Below are positions 25,301-38,495 of a DNA stretch of 64,000 nucleotides, one piece after another. Position 1 is the stretch's first letter. The number at the start of each line of letters is the position of its first letter. The position numbers and the translations under genes were made by a program. This DNA is from Rhynchopus sp. YZ270_cl-10. Taxonomy: Eukaryota. The notes under the pieces are model-generated. The model ran no database searches. It was not told the DNA's origin and saw only the letters and a program-made list of their open reading frames with translations. The stretch spans positions 1,550,001 to 1,614,000 of the forward strand of contig OZ037845.1 in the NCBI GenBank assembly GCA_964035575.1, written 5' to 3'.

Positions 25301-25990
25301 ATGAAGGACTGGGAGGTCACCTCAGCACTGCAGGAGCTGCAGGGGTTTGCGAAGCCAAAAATCGAGTTGGAGCAGTACTTGACCCCTCCGGAGCTGGCAT
25401 CGCACTTTGTGTGCGCAGCGGAACGGACCTACGGGGACGTCGACGGGAAAGTTGTGATGGATCTGGGCTGCGGGACGGGAATGCTGTCGTGCGGTGCGGC
25501 ACTCCTCGGGGCGGATGCTGTGGTGGGATGCGACATTGATGACGACGCTTTGGCGCTAGCGCACGAGAACAGAGAGGAGCTTGACCTGGAGGATGTGATT
25601 GACTTTGTACGCCTCGATGTGACATACCGCAAGCAGGGCGAGAACGACGGCACCCCCATCCTGCCTCAGTTCCGCATCAAGTTTGACACCATCTTCTTGA
25701 ACCCTCCATTCGGTGCAAACAAAGACCGCCAACAAAAGGGTATCGATCTCCTCTTCCTCCACACCGCCGTGTCTATGGTGAAAGACGGCGGTGCAGTCTA
25801 CAGTCTGCACAAATCCTCGACCCGAGAGCACATCCAACAAACCGGAGATAAATGGGGTGTGACAGCAGAGGCCCTCGGTGAATACACCTGGAATTTAGGA
25901 AAAACGTACAAACATCAAAAAAAGAACACAAAAGACATCAGTGTGGATATGTGGCGGTTTGCGAAGAAGAAGAAAATAGAAGCGAAATAG
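25301..25990 (+). CDS. METTL5: rRNA N6-adenosine methyltransferase METTL5
   Basis: PKIELEQYLT, DLGCGTGML, NPPFG, VYSLHKSSTR, KDISVDMWRF. Confidence 0.95.
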   Translation: MKDWEVTSALQELQGFAKPKIELEQYLTPPELASHFVCAAERTYGDVDGKVVMDLGCGTGMLSCGAALLGADAVVGCDIDDDALALAHENREELDLEDVIDFVRLDVTYRKQGENDGTPILPQFRIKFDTIFLNPPFGANKDRQQKGIDLLFLHTAVSMVKDGGAVYSLHKSSTREHIQQTGDKWGVTAEALGEYTWNLGKTYKHQKKNTKDISVDMWRFAKKKKIEAK

Positions 25991-26266
25991 AAAAAAAATC
26001 TCATAGGGGACCAAAAGCGATGGTCCAGAAATTTGAAAAAAGCATTTCCTCCTTTTTGATGTAAACCACGAAATGGATTGGTTGGGTGTCCACCCCACGG
26101 TACACCTGGTCATACCATACACTGTTCACGAGAGGGCTTTTGTATTTGAACTCTCTCTCTCTCTCTCTCTCCAATCATCTCTCTCACCTCACAAAAAGGT
26201 ACACAAAAAGGTTCATACTATACCCCTCGGTTGCGAGGGGGTTCTTGGGGGGGAAATACCAATAAA

Positions 26267-27189
26267 ATGGGAGAAGAGGAACAGGGTTTGGGCGTAGTGT
26301 TCGCCGTAGCTGAGGATGAAGGGAACAGCAAACCTTTTGCGGGGCTGTCCCTTTTGAGCCAGGTCTGTGTGGAGGAGGAGATCCCTGGGACGCATATGAT
26401 CACTGCTGTGGACTCTATCCCTGCGTGTAAGAGGGTGGGGCTGAGGAAGCCTTGCAACGAGGAGCGTGAGCGCGTTGTGTTGATGGACTCTGTGGTGGGG
26501 CACTCACTGCGGAGTGTGTATCTCTACTACTGCAAGGAATACCGCAGCAAACCCAACAGCACGCTGTTCCGTAGTCTCTCTGACGCGCCAGGAGACTTCA
26601 CCCTCGCCCACCTCGACTGCACCGGAAACTTCATCGGTGATAAAGGTCTTCTCCCCTTGTTAGAGGTCGTCCGCCTATGCGCATCCTGTACACGTCTCTC
26701 CCTCCCAGACAACGGTATAAAAAACTCTGGTGTCGAATGCCTCGTGCACATGGTCTTGGAACACCCAGCCCTCAGAGAGCTTGACCTCTCAAACAATAGG
26801 TTGACGTTAGGTGCAGGGAAGGTATGGTGATGGGGGGGAGCGTTTGTTGGGGAAAATGAAAAAAAAACAAACAAAATACCGCAGGTATTACAAGAGCTTG
26901 CAGTCAAAAACCCTGCGATACGGTCAATCAATGTCACCGGGTCACGCATCGATCCCCAGCTCCAGGTATGATAAAGAAAAATACACAAAAAATTGAACAG
27001 GCTTCGACCAACATTTTGAGTACAGACCCTATTAGCCCCAAATGGGTTCTTAGGTGATTGTCGACAGAACATAACATACACACACAATATACTGCCAGAG
27101 GTAACCCCCACCTGTTCTCAAACACACACACATAACCACAGGAACGGATAAAAGCGAAAACGGCCGAGAACGCTGAGAGAGCACGTTGA
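26267..27189 (+). CDS. RNI-like leucine-rich repeat protein, 3 exons (26267-26821, 26885-26965, 27142-27189)
   Basis: LDCTGNFIGDKG, LSLPDNGIKNSG, LDLSNNRLT; introns 26822-26884 and 26966-27141 are GT-AG, phase 0. Confidence 0.8.
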
Positions 27190-28370
27190 ATTGAAAAATA
27201 TCTGCAGGTTTTCTCAGGTGTTGTGTGACACGTGGCCGCATATCTTTTGAACCTTCTTTCGTGTGCCTGAGCACAGAGGGGCTTAGGATCTCAACCTCTT
27301 TGTACTGCGGTACCATTCAGAAGGTGAATACACAAGAGGCTGAAACCCATCTTACAAACATTTCTCTTTTATTTCTTTGCAAGAACGCCACAGGTGACGT
27401 TAACCTTCTGCCACATTCACATGTGAACAAGCCTTCTTGGGAAGCCCTTATTTTGCAAAAAGCCACAGGGGCTTCTTTCTTTTTTTGCCTCATCTATTAA
27501 AAAAACATCAAAAGTGCAGCGTTCGTTTGGGTACCTGTGCATTTTTTCTTATTCCTACGAAGCTTGCTTTAAAGGAGATTTAAAGGAAATTGTATTATCG
27601 GTACGCCAAATCATCCCTCAAACAGGATTGTGCAATCACCGAAAACCAACTTTACCTACCCGATTCTACTATTTTCAGCTATGATTAAAACCCCACAACC
27701 TTTTAACGAAACGGCCGTCTGTAGGTATCCTAGTTGGGGTTCTTTCTTCGGGTGACGTTGGGTATAGAGAAACCCCAACTTGATGGTGGGTGGTTTCTGC
27801 AACGCGTAGCCCCTCCCTTCAAGGAGCAAAGCAAAAATAGTGGGAGCTCATTTTGGTGTCCTACACTCCAACCAAGTTTTCCAAAGAACGAAAGAAATAT
27901 TGGAAGCTACGCAAAATAAAAAGTTGAGTGAGAGAGAGAGAGCTTTCCCCCCGTTAAACGCGCCCTCCTCTCAGCAGCAATGCCCTGCCCTGCAGAGCCC
28001 TTACCTTTATCTCCTCTCTCTCTCTCTCTCTGTCATTCTCTTTCCCTGATATTATTTTTTTTCAAAACAACACTCCACATCTGTTCTAATGAGGAAAAAA
28101 CGGCTTTTTTTTGACAATTTAAGTTAAACTAAACCTGAACGGGTCTTTACATCGTCAACGATATTGCAATCACCTTTCGATACTAATGGTTTGACCCATA
28201 CCATCCCGAGCGACCCACTTCTCCCTAATGAGATATGCCCGCAATTCCAAGCGCGTTTCCACACCCGACACCAATATGCCACACGATGTATATTTTAGCT
28301 TCCACACCTACCTTCCTTCCCTGCAGAGGTTCCTACTGTTTTTTTCTTTTTCTTTTTCTGTTGTTGTAAA

Positions 28371-30030
28371 ATGGATGTCCCAGCAACGACGCCTGGTCTG
28401 CAGAGGCGGCCTCTGTGGGTGCCAGATGCGTCGGCAGTGTTCTGCGAGACATGTGGACGGCGCTTCACGGCGACACTGAGGAGGCACCACTGCCGTGTGT
28501 GTGGGTGTGTGTTCTGCAAGGCGTGCTGCAAGGAGAAGGTGTACATCCCCAGTCTCGGGTACACCACCCCGCAGCTTGTCTGCAACGAATGCATACGTGG
28601 TGCGCCCAGCGTCGTGGGCATGGTGGTCATGGTCAACCCCGACCTCTCCACAGTCAAGCGTCTCTGCGGCGGCTCGCAGTTCCTGCCACCATGGGACCCC
28701 CGCAAGGCAGCGTTCTGTGGCTGTGTCGGCAAGATCGTTGGCCAAGACAACCGTGATGGGTCCGTGAAGGTGAGCTTCACGCATGGACCATACAGCTGGT
28801 ACCCCCCAACGTGTCTGTCGTTGGCAAACCCCGCGCAGGGTAGTTCAGACAAGACAGTGCCCCGCCTGGTGGTGGCCTGCCCCTCCAAGCCGTACCTCGA
28901 AGGTTCCTATGCGCGTCTCGCAGCAAAGAAGAACAACGTCAGCATCTGGGCCATGTCCTCCTGCCGCATCTACTCCAACGCGCAGGGCAACTGGGCGCTT
29001 ACCATCTCCGCTGAGGGCATGGAGAAGGAGCAGGGCAACGTGCGCAGCAGGCACACCCATGGCGGCAAAACGCACGTCCACGCGATGGAGGGCTGGGAGA
29101 CATACACAAACGGCGTCTGGGTGCCCCTGCCGGACTTCAAGGTCGTCAAGGTATGTAGGGGTTGTAGATGTTACAAATTTCACTTCTTTTTTTTACAGTC
29201 ATTTGTCCCGGCAGGGTCGGCGCAGTGTGTTAACTCCGCTTTGAAGCATGTGCAGGCGTTCCGCAACCAGAATGTGCCGAACCCGGCTCCACAGCAGCAG
29301 GTGCAGCAACAGCAGCAGCAGCAGCAGCAGCCGCACCCCCAGCCGCCCCAACCGTTCCAGGCAGTGCAGCAACAGCAGCAGCCAACACAGGCGAACCGTG
29401 TGTACGTCCCACCCCAGGTCGCCGCACCGCAGCCAATTGTGCCCAGACAGGTCCAGGCGGTTCCACAGCAGCAGGCATCGCCGCCGCGGTCTGTGGTACC
29501 TTCACAGCCGGTGCAGGAGGTGCAAGAGGTACAGGAGGTACAGGAAGTGCAGGTGGTGTCTGACGTGCAGGAGGTACAGGAGGTACAGGAGGTGGTGTTG
29601 GGTGTGGAGCCCGACGTGGTCGAAGTGGTTGATGTGCAGGACACACCTGCAGAGGTGCAGCAGGTGCAGCAGGTGCAGGACCTGTGCGACGCATGCGACG
29701 CACACACACCTAGCACCACTGCGGCAGAGGCAGAGGCACAGCCGGTCTATGCGGTATGCACCTTAGCACCTTCCCCTTCCACCCACTACCCACTACCCAC
29801 AGGAAGACGCCGGCCCAGAGCGCAACGCATCACCCGACATGGAGATCATCGACGACGAAGCTGTCTACACCGAGGAGCCTGTACCCCATGCAGCAGGCGA
29901 CGTCGTGCACACCGACCCGCAGAAAGCTGATAGCTCCGACGACGACGGTGAAGGTGCGGCTGAGGTGTTGACAGAGGTGGACACCACTACACCTACGGGG
30001 TATGACGGTGGTGTCATCATGGTCGACTGA
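28371..30030 (+). CDS. FYVE zinc-finger protein with Mib/SH3-like segment and Q/EVQ low-complexity tail; exons 28371-29150, 29199-29753, 29803-30030
   Basis: WVPD..CETC..RRHHCRVCG..CKAC..VCNEC; introns 29151-29198 and 29754-29802. Confidence 0.88.
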
Positions 30031-32010
30031 TGTGCAAACCCTTTCCAAAGGGAACAGACGACGTGAGCGTGCACAGCGAGAGCGTCGTATTGGAGACGAG
30101 TTGCGCAGTTGCAGCCATGGCGACGGCTTCGGTGGTGGAGGTGTACAGCTTGGTCTGAGTTCTTTAGGTGGGGGTGAGGGGTGGGGAGGGGGTCGTTTTG
30201 TGGAATTGTTGCTACATAACAGGGGGTGTCGTTTTGTGTGTGTACTCAAGCTTGTTTGTCTCGTTAATAAAACGAGCTGAAAAGTTGGACTAAAAAGGTA
30301 CTCTCAATAGAGTGCGGCCAGTCCGCCCGCACAGCCGTTTTTGAGAGGAAGCGGGGTTCGGGGAAGAGGTTACACACCCAAAACAGTCATCCACTTTTTC
30401 TCATTATTTTTTAGGTACCTAAAGTACGGTCCTGGGTCTTATCTTATCCAGTCTTTTTTATTTATGTTTTTAGCCAGTGCCTGCGTCCCAGAGGCGTTTT
30501 GCCACTATCAACTTCTGTTTTTATTGATGTGCATGAGGGTATGTTCATCGGCAAGTTTTTTTTTTCTCGTTTTTTTTCCTCCATAGAGTCGCCGTTCTTC
30601 GTTTTAGGGGTGTGCGTGCGGTGGGCACGTTCATCCAAAGTTTTACTTTAATCCCTCCCTAGATGCTCCCTTGGGTCAATGTACTTGGTCTTGCCTGTAG
30701 AGCACGTTCAATCGCGCATGCATTAACCTTCCGTCGTTGTGTGTTCACAAACAGGGCCCTGTCTCTCCAACAGGGCACAGTATAAATCACACAACGACAG
30801 CAAAGATTTGCAAGACGTTTTTTTCGGGTTAAGGAAAGACCCCTGCCGATGTGGCAGAAAGAAACGGTTGTTTTTTAACGACAGGATAGAGGGATGTTGT
30901 TTTTTGTGTTACGTCTTTGTTTAACACACAATTTTTTGCACTACAATGTTTTCAGGTGTGCTCATGAAAGCACATCTTTCAAGCTTTCATTTTTTTTTAA
31001 ATCCACATTGGCTGGACGATTGTCGACAAAAAGAAAAAAAAACCACAAAAGGGACAGAATCGTATTCGTTTTAAGGCAGAATAAAGTAAAAAACGTGTTG
31101 GCCTGGAACCACGTTTGTCTCTGTGGGTGTGATGACTTTGATGACTCCCGTGTTACAATGAGAGCAGGAAGCCGATGAACCATTGGTGCCTTGCTTCTTG
31201 GAATCCCCACCAACCCCCTTTAAGAACCTTCGAGGGACGAAAAGACTATTAAAAAAAAAACGTATTGCAACAGACTACGGAACAAATGGCAGAGATTCTT
31301 TTTTATTTTGCCAGGCATGCTCCTTAAAAGTATCACCAAGATGAAGTGCCGATGCGGTAATCTCAATGAGAGGCTTAGCCTCTTGCAGTGCTGTTCGAAG
31401 CATGCGCCAAAGACTGACGAGGGTGGTTCCAATAATAGGCCCCCCATAAAATTCTATTCAATGACTTAAAATGCGGTTGCTTGCCAGGTTCTTTCCACAA
31501 TCTGTTATTCTCTCTGGTTTGTATATTTGAGGAGAGGTGCATTCATCTTATCTTCTTTTCTTTGATATCGCAGCTGTGTCGTCATAGCTGTCATGTCCAC
31601 GATTTTTTATAGGTGCAGGCGCATTAGCATTTATCTTGATTGAAGCCTGCGTTCAGAAAGGTCTTCAAACGTTACAACGTCAGTAAGTTGTGTGAGGAGG
31701 TTGCAGGTTCACAAAAGCGTTCGTCTATTTCAGTATTTTTGGTGTTCCCGGAAGATGCATCTTTCACAGTTTCTTTCTTAGCTTCATCTTGCACATTGAA
31801 TTAACGTCCGTACACATCTCTTCACTCAAGGGGGCGTCTTGTTGATGTACGTGGTGCTGGAGCTATCTTTTTTACAGCAAAAGAGTGATGCGTGAATGAC
31901 ACAAAGATAAGTCTGTCTCCCTTCCCTTCTGATACCCGTCCTCTTCTCCCAGCACCTCAGCCACGTCACCCCACAGATACTCTTTTGATACAAACACATA
32001 CCTTGCTCCA

Positions 32011-32652
32011 ATGCTACGCACGACACTGCTCCTCACAGCTGTTGCGGCTGTCTGTGGTGAGAGGACATGCACTCTTCAGTGTGGAACTGTTGTCGCAAGC
32101 GGCTGGGTGGGCAATGATGAGGGAACCAACGACTGCAACACCTGCACTTGCACTGACGGATCCCTTGCATGTACCAAGTTCGGCTGCACCTCGCCACCGT
32201 GCGACGAGAAGACGTGCACCCTTCAGTGTGGAACTGTCGTCGCAAATGGCTGGATGGGCAATGATGAGGGAACGAACGACTGCAACACTTGCACTTGCAC
32301 TGACGGATCCCTTGTATGCACCAAGATCGGATGCAGCTCGCCGCCATGCGATGAGAGGACGTGCACTCTTCAGTGCGGAACTGTTGTCGCAAGCGGCTGG
32401 GTGGGCAATGATGAGGGAACCAACGACTGCAACACTTGCACTTGCACTGACGGGTCCCTTGTATGCACAAATATCTGCTGCAGCTCGCCACCATGTGGTG
32501 AGAGGACGTGCACTCTGCAGTGCGGAACTGTTGTCGCAAATGGCTGGACTGGTAACGACGAAGGCACCAACGACTGCAACACCTGCACTTGCACTGACGG
32601 ATCACTTGGCTGCACCAAGATCGAATGTATCGACTCCCAGGATTGTAAGTAA
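32011..32652 (+). CDS. Secreted Cys-rich protein with 4 pacifastin/VWC-like 49-aa repeats
   Basis: Signal peptide MLRTTLLLTAVAAV; DCNTCTCTDGSLxCTKxxC repeats, 147-bp period. Confidence 0.85.
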   Translation: MLRTTLLLTAVAAVCGERTCTLQCGTVVASGWVGNDEGTNDCNTCTCTDGSLACTKFGCTSPPCDEKTCTLQCGTVVANGWMGNDEGTNDCNTCTCTDGSLVCTKIGCSSPPCDERTCTLQCGTVVASGWVGNDEGTNDCNTCTCTDGSLVCTNICCSSPPCGERTCTLQCGTVVANGWTGNDEGTNDCNTCTCTDGSLGCTKIECIDSQDCK

Positions 32653-33004
32653 ACGTGATGTGATAGTTCTGTTCTGACATTGTCAAATGTAATACTTTTT
32701 TTTGTTTTGTGGTAGCTTCTGTTGTAGTTTTATTTTTGCGGAACGAATACACCTTTTTTGGGATGGCTGGAAGCCTCTGATGCTCTCTGTTCTATCTAGA
32801 GAGTTTGTATTCCACCCAGGCACTGCCAAGTTTTGAAATGGGTTCGTATTGAAAGTTAAGTATGGCAGTGCTTGACAATGTAACTTACTGTTGCGGGGTG
32901 GACGGGGTGGAGGGTTTAATGAATGAGGCGCTTTTCGAATTGTCGAACCCTGTGATGCGCTGCACACAGGGCTTTGAGAAAAGCGTTCTTTATTGCCTCA
33001 CCCC

Positions 33005-33440
33005 TGGTGTCGTGCGGCAATTTTGGGAAGAATCGGCGAAACAATAGAAAAACAATACCAAAAACGTACCTGAAAAAGCTGTACAACAGCAGGTAAAAAA
33101 AAAACAGTGTTTTGTGGCATTTCCGAGTCAATCCGGGCTGTTGTGGGGATATACGGAAAAATGGGAAAACTTTTAGTGACCTAACTTTTCGCAAAATATG
33201 AACCCATACGCGTAAGCAAGGGTTTTTTTCAGGTCTGAAAACCCCAATTTCGGATGTGATTGTGGTGTTTTTGACTGGAAACAGGTGGCGTTGGAGGCGC
33301 ACGGTATCCCACTTTTGTCTTTATTCTTTTTGATTCTTTTTTCCCGATTGCTCTCCACGGTGGGGTCACATGTGTGTGTAAAAACACTCTGAAGTGCCCT
33401 CGCTATGAAATATGAGATTTCTCTGGTTTTAGTAAGGAAA
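33005..33440. mobile_element. Probable truncated TGGTG-family element
   Basis: Starts with TGGTGTCG where the two tandem-duplicate copies diverge; 11-bp subterminal units; carries the module also found at 9674-9810; no right end found. Confidence 0.45.
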
Positions 33441-34787
33441 CCTGCAAAGAGCTGCTTGAGAAGTACGACGCCATTATATGTCCACGGGACACACTGGATG
33501 GCGGCACGCTTCTCTCTTGCTCCTCTTTTGTAAATCCCCCACTGATATGCTCCCTATTTATATTGGAAGTGAAATCCTTTGCTTTCCAAGATGCTCTATT
33601 TGTGTTGCTTACACGCAGTGTTATTTGAAAGTGAACTTGATTAGCCTGTAGGTAAATTTGTCCTCACGCCTTTTCCTTTTGAATCATTCCCCTCACCCAA
33701 TAATCATGTGCGCCACCCAGGGTAAGAGCCTAAATGGCTTCCTAAAATGGCTGCGGTCAACGAAAAAGACTCAGTAGTAGATTAGTGGGGACAAATCAAG
33801 TGGCAAAATGTTAGTGTAGTTTTTTTTTTTACTACTTTTTCTTCAAGAGACTTTTATTTACATCATCCCTGACAATAAACTTGTGGAACCCAGTGCGGCT
33901 GTTGCTCCGCGATAACGAATATGATAAGGTGACTAAGCACGAGAGGCTTAGGGTCATCTTATAAACTTTTCCTTTATTTGAGATGTTGTACTGCGCAGCA
34001 TAGTACAATTCATTTCGTTCTCAACGTTTTTCTTTCCCCCTTCCTTCTCTTTTTGACCTTCTTCCTGCTTGGACATTCGTCTGATTTATCCCACAAAAAC
34101 CGCGTCGCATATTTGTTTTTCCCCTCCAAGGAAAATCTAGATGTGGTCAAGACACAATCAAATGTCCTGCTTTTATCACCCCTCCCGATTTCCCTCTTCT
34201 TGTTATGCACGAGTCAGCTTCATATTTCAAGATTTCAAAATTTCTCTTTTTTATTTCCTACTTATTTTCTTTGTGTGGATGCTTCAATGCAACACGAAAC
34301 TCTGAGACAAAGAGACACAAGTAACTTTTTGAATAATTGATATCGCAGCTGTGTAGTCATAGCTGTGTCATGTCCACGATTTTTTATAGTTGTAGGCGCA
34401 TTAGCATTTATCTTGATTGAAGCCTGCGTTCAGAAAGGTTTTCAAGCGTTACAACGTCAGTAAGTTGTGTGAGGAGGTTGCAGGTTCACAAAAGCGTTCG
34501 TCTATTTCAGTATTTTTGGTGTTCCCGGAAGATGCATCTTTCAAAGTTTCTTTCTTAGCTTCATCTTGCACATTGAATTAACGTCCGTACACATCTCTTC
34601 ACTCAAGGGGGCGTCTTGTTGATGTACGTGGTGCTGGAGCTATCTTTTTTACAGCAAAAGAGTGATGCGTGAATGACACAAAGATAAGTCTGTCTCCCTT
34701 CCCTTCTGATACCCGTCCTCTTCTCCCAGCACCTCAGCCACGTCACCCCACAGATACTCTTTTGATACAAACACATACCTTGCTCCA

Positions 34788-36521
34788 ATGCTACGCACGA
34801 CACTGCTCCTCACAGCTGTTGCGGCTGTCTCAGCTCAGCAGTGCTGGGCCAACGACGACTGCGCACCTAGCGAGTGGTGCCGTCCGATTCAATGGTACGG
34901 CCACTGCTTCACGTTCTACTCTGTCTGTGTTCCCAAGCGCGCAGAGGGCGAGACCTGTGGTGGTACAGCATGCCGCGCCGAGCACTGTGAAGACCACCTG
35001 TCGTGTGAGAGCGATGGTACTCGATCGGTGTGCGTCCAACCTAAGAAGGAGACGTGCACCCTTCAGTGCGGAACTGTCGTTGCAAACGGATGGATGGGTA
35101 ATGATGAGGGAACCAACGACTGCAACACCTGCACTTGCACTGACGGATCACTTGGCTGCACCAAGATCGGCTGCAGCTCGCCGCCATGTGGTGAGAGGAC
35201 GTGCACTCTTCAGTGTGGAACTGTTGTCGCAAATGGCTGGACTGGTAACGACGAAGGCACCAACGACTGCAACACCTGCACTTGCACTGACGGATCACTT
35301 GGCTGCACCAAGATCGGCTGCAGCTCGCCACCATGTGGTGAGAGGACGTGCACTCTTCAGTGTGGAACTGTTGTCGCAAATGGCTGGACTGGTAACGACG
35401 AAGGCACCAACGACTGCAACACCTGCACTTGCACTGACGGATCACTTGGCTGCACCAAGATCGGCTGCAGCTCGCCACCATGTGGTGAGAGGAGGTGCAC
35501 TCTTCAGTGTGGAACTGTTGTCGCAAGCGGCTGGATGGGGAACGACGAAGGAACCAACGACTGCAACACCTGCACTTGCACTGACGGATCACTGGGCTGC
35601 ACCAAGATCGGGTGCAGCTCGCCGCCATGTGGTGAGAGGACGTGCACTCTTCAGTGTGGAACTGTTGTCGCAAATGGCTGGACTGGTAACGACGAAGGCA
35701 CCAACGACTGCAACACCTGCACTTGCACTGACGGATCACTTGGCTGCACCAAGATCGGCTGCAGCTCGCCACCATGTGGTGAGAGGACGTGCACTCTTCA
35801 GTGTGGAACTGTTGTCGCAAATGGCTGGACTGGTAACGACGAAGGCACCAACGACTGCAACACCTGCACTTGCACTGACGGATCACTTGGCTGCACCAAG
35901 ATCGGCTGCAGCTCGCCACCATGTGGTGAGAGGAGGTGCACTCTTCAGTGTGGAACTGTTGTCGCAAGCGGCTGGATGGGGAACGACGAAGGAACCAACG
36001 ACTGCAACACCTGCACTTGCACTGACGGATCACTGGGCTGCACCAAGATCGGGTGCAGCTCGCCGCCATGTGGTGAGAGGACGTGCACTCTTCAGTGTGG
36101 AACTGTTGTCGCAAATGGCTGGACTGGTAACGACGAAGGCACCAACGACTGCAACACCTGCACTTGCACTGACGGATCACTTGGCTGCACCAAGATCGGC
36201 TGCAGCTCGCCACCATGTGGTGAGAGGACGTGCACTCTTCAGTGTGGAACTGTTGTCGCAAGCGGCTGGACCGGTAACGACGAAGGCACCAACGACTGCA
36301 ACACCTGCACTTGCACTGACGGATCACTTGGCTGCACCAAGATCGGCTGCAGCTCGCCACCATGTGGTGAGAGGACGTGCACTCTTCAGTGTGGAACTGT
36401 TGTCGCAAGCGGCTGGACCGGTAACGACGAAGGCACCAACGACTGCAACACCTGCACTTGCACTGACGGATCACTTGGCTGCACCAAGATCGGATGTATC
36501 GACTCCCCGGGTTGTAAGTAA
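34788..36521 (+). CDS. Secreted Cys-rich protein: N-terminal Cys domain plus 10 pacifastin/VWC-like repeats
   Basis: Same signal peptide as 32011; 147-bp unit x10; tandem paralog with duplicated flanks (31563-32051 ~ 34338-34828). Confidence 0.88.
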   Translation: MLRTTLLLTAVAAVSAQQCWANDDCAPSEWCRPIQWYGHCFTFYSVCVPKRAEGETCGGTACRAEHCEDHLSCESDGTRSVCVQPKKETCTLQCGTVVANGWMGNDEGTNDCNTCTCTDGSLGCTKIGCSSPPCGERTCTLQCGTVVANGWTGNDEGTNDCNTCTCTDGSLGCTKIGCSSPPCGERTCTLQCGTVVANGWTGNDEGTNDCNTCTCTDGSLGCTKIGCSSPPCGERRCTLQCGTVVASGWMGNDEGTNDCNTCTCTDGSLGCTKIGCSSPPCGERTCTLQCGTVVANGWTGNDEGTNDCNTCTCTDGSLGCTKIGCSSPPCGERTCTLQCGTVVANGWTGNDEGTNDCNTCTCTDGSLGCTKIGCSSPPCGERRCTLQCGTVVASGWMGNDEGTNDCNTCTCTDGSLGCTKIGCSSPPCGERTCTLQCGTVVANGWTGNDEGTNDCNTCTCTDGSLGCTKIGCSSPPCGERTCTLQCGTVVASGWTGNDEGTNDCNTCTCTDGSLGCTKIGCSSPPCGERTCTLQCGTVVASGWTGNDEGTNDCNTCTCTDGSLGCTKIGCIDSPGCK

Positions 36522-36883
36522 ACCTGATGTGTTAGTTCTGTTCTGACCTCGTAAAATGGAATAGTTTTATCGTTTTGGTAGTTTGTTGTGTCGCGTGAGT
36601 TTTATTTTTGCTGAACGAATACACCTTTTTTGGGATGGCTGGAAGCCTCTGATGCTCTCTGTTCTATCTAGAGAGAATGTCATTCCACCCGAGTCACTGC
36701 CACGTTTTGAAATGGGTTCGTATTGAAAGTTAAGTATGGCAGTACTTGACAATGTAACTTACTGTTGCGGGGTGGACGGGGTGGAGGGTTTAATGAATGA
36801 GGCGCTTTTCGAATTGTCGAACCCTGTGATGCGCTGCACACAGGGCTTTGAGAAAAGCGTTCTTTATTGCCTCACCCACGATG

Positions 36884-36921
<38 letters not shown>

Positions 36922-36930
36922 CTTTATTTT

Positions 36931-37160
36931 CATAGGTTTCGAACGCGCGTTCGAAAATCGGAAAACGCGCACATGAAAAAAAAAAAAAAAAACGCGCGTT
37001 CGAAAAGCCGGACGCGCGTAAAAAAAAAAAGGGCGTTTTTTTTTTCGTTTTTCAAACGCGCGTTTTTTTTCGTTTTTTTCAAACGCGCGTTTTTTTTTTC
37101 GTTTTTCAAACGCGCACTCGAAAACGCCCTAAAAACGCGAACGCGCGTTCGAAACCTATG
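36931..37160. mobile_element. 230-bp MITE
   Basis: TIR CATAGGTTTCGAACGCGCGTTCG / CGAACGCGCGTTCGAAACCTATG; 6-bp direct flank tatttt on both sides; internal aaacgcgcgttt motifs. Confidence 0.82.
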
Positions 37161-38495
37161 TATTTTCCCTTTTGAAAGAATTTTTGATCATTTTTTTTTT
37201 ATTGGCGGTCGCTGATTCGTAATTGCGGACAGTTGAGTGGAGTCTTGCTCTAAGTTGATTGTATGTTTGCATGGAAGTGTGCTGAGGTTGTGCGCCACCA
37301 TTGCTTTTGTGAGATACTGGATCTCTCGATGTTGCGCACACCCTTTTATCACTGCTAAAAATATTGCAAAAACAGCTTTCTGCAGTACCGGACGATTCCC
37401 GTTTTTGCGAAGAGCTGCTTGAGAAGTACGCCGCCATTATATGTCCACGAGACACACTGGATGGCGGCACGCTTCTCTCTTGCTCCTCTTTTGTAAATTC
37501 CCCACTGATATGCTCCCTATTTATATTGGAAGTGAAATCCTTTGCTTTCAAAGATGCTCTATTTTTCATTTTTTTTTCTTCAAGAAACTTTTATTTGAGT
37601 TGTTGTACTGCACAACCACAGCAACAATTCATCTCGTTTTCAACGTTCCCCCCCCCCCCCCCCCCCCCCTTTTCTTATTCTCTTTTTCACCTTCTTCCTG
37701 CTTGGACATTCGTCGTGATTTATCCCACAAAAACCGCGTCGCATATTTGTTTTTCCCCTTAGGAAAATCTAGATATGATCAAAACCCAATCAAATCTCCT
37801 GATTTTATTACCCCTCCCGATTTCTCTGAAATTTCATCTTTTTTTTGTTATGCACGAGTTATCTTCACATTTCAAAATTTCTCTTTTTTTTCTTTTTTTT
37901 TTTTTTTTTTCTTTGCTATGGTCTTCCTCCGATTTCTCATAAAACGAATCCTATTTTCAACCTACCTTCCTTCACCCCCCCTGTAAGGGTAACCGTAGGT
38001 GAAGTAAGGTATAGTATTGAAATCGATGTGGGGGGGGAGTAAAGGGTCAATTTTACAAAACCAGATTTTGAGGAAAATTTTAGCCGAAAATGGGCCCCAC
38101 GTATAAGCAACCGGGCTCATATTTCTCAAAAATTAAGTGGTCAAAAAATTGTCCAATTTTCGAGATTGACCCCACCACTGCACGGGCGGAGTCCAAAAAT
38201 GCAAATAAGGACCCTTTTTAATTTGTTCTCTTGAAATGTATAATTTCATGTTTTCGCGAAAAAAATTACAACTGATCCCTACAAGGGTTGAAGGAAGGTG
38301 GTTGAAAACAACAGTAACAACAAGGACAAGTAATTGCTAAGGAAAAACGGGTGTGATGTGGAAAACTCCGCGCGATTTTCGAAACCACCGTAGTATCCTG
38401 GCGATTTGCTGGAGGTGCTGATGTGCCTGGTGTGATCGATGTGTTGTAGTCTGTGCATTCTGTGTTCCCTCCGCACTGCTCCAACGACGACGACA

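Noticed and set aside
38041..38220. Possible Kolobok-like MITE (aaagggtc...gacccttt)
   Set aside because: Only an 8-bp inverted match and no matching TSD.
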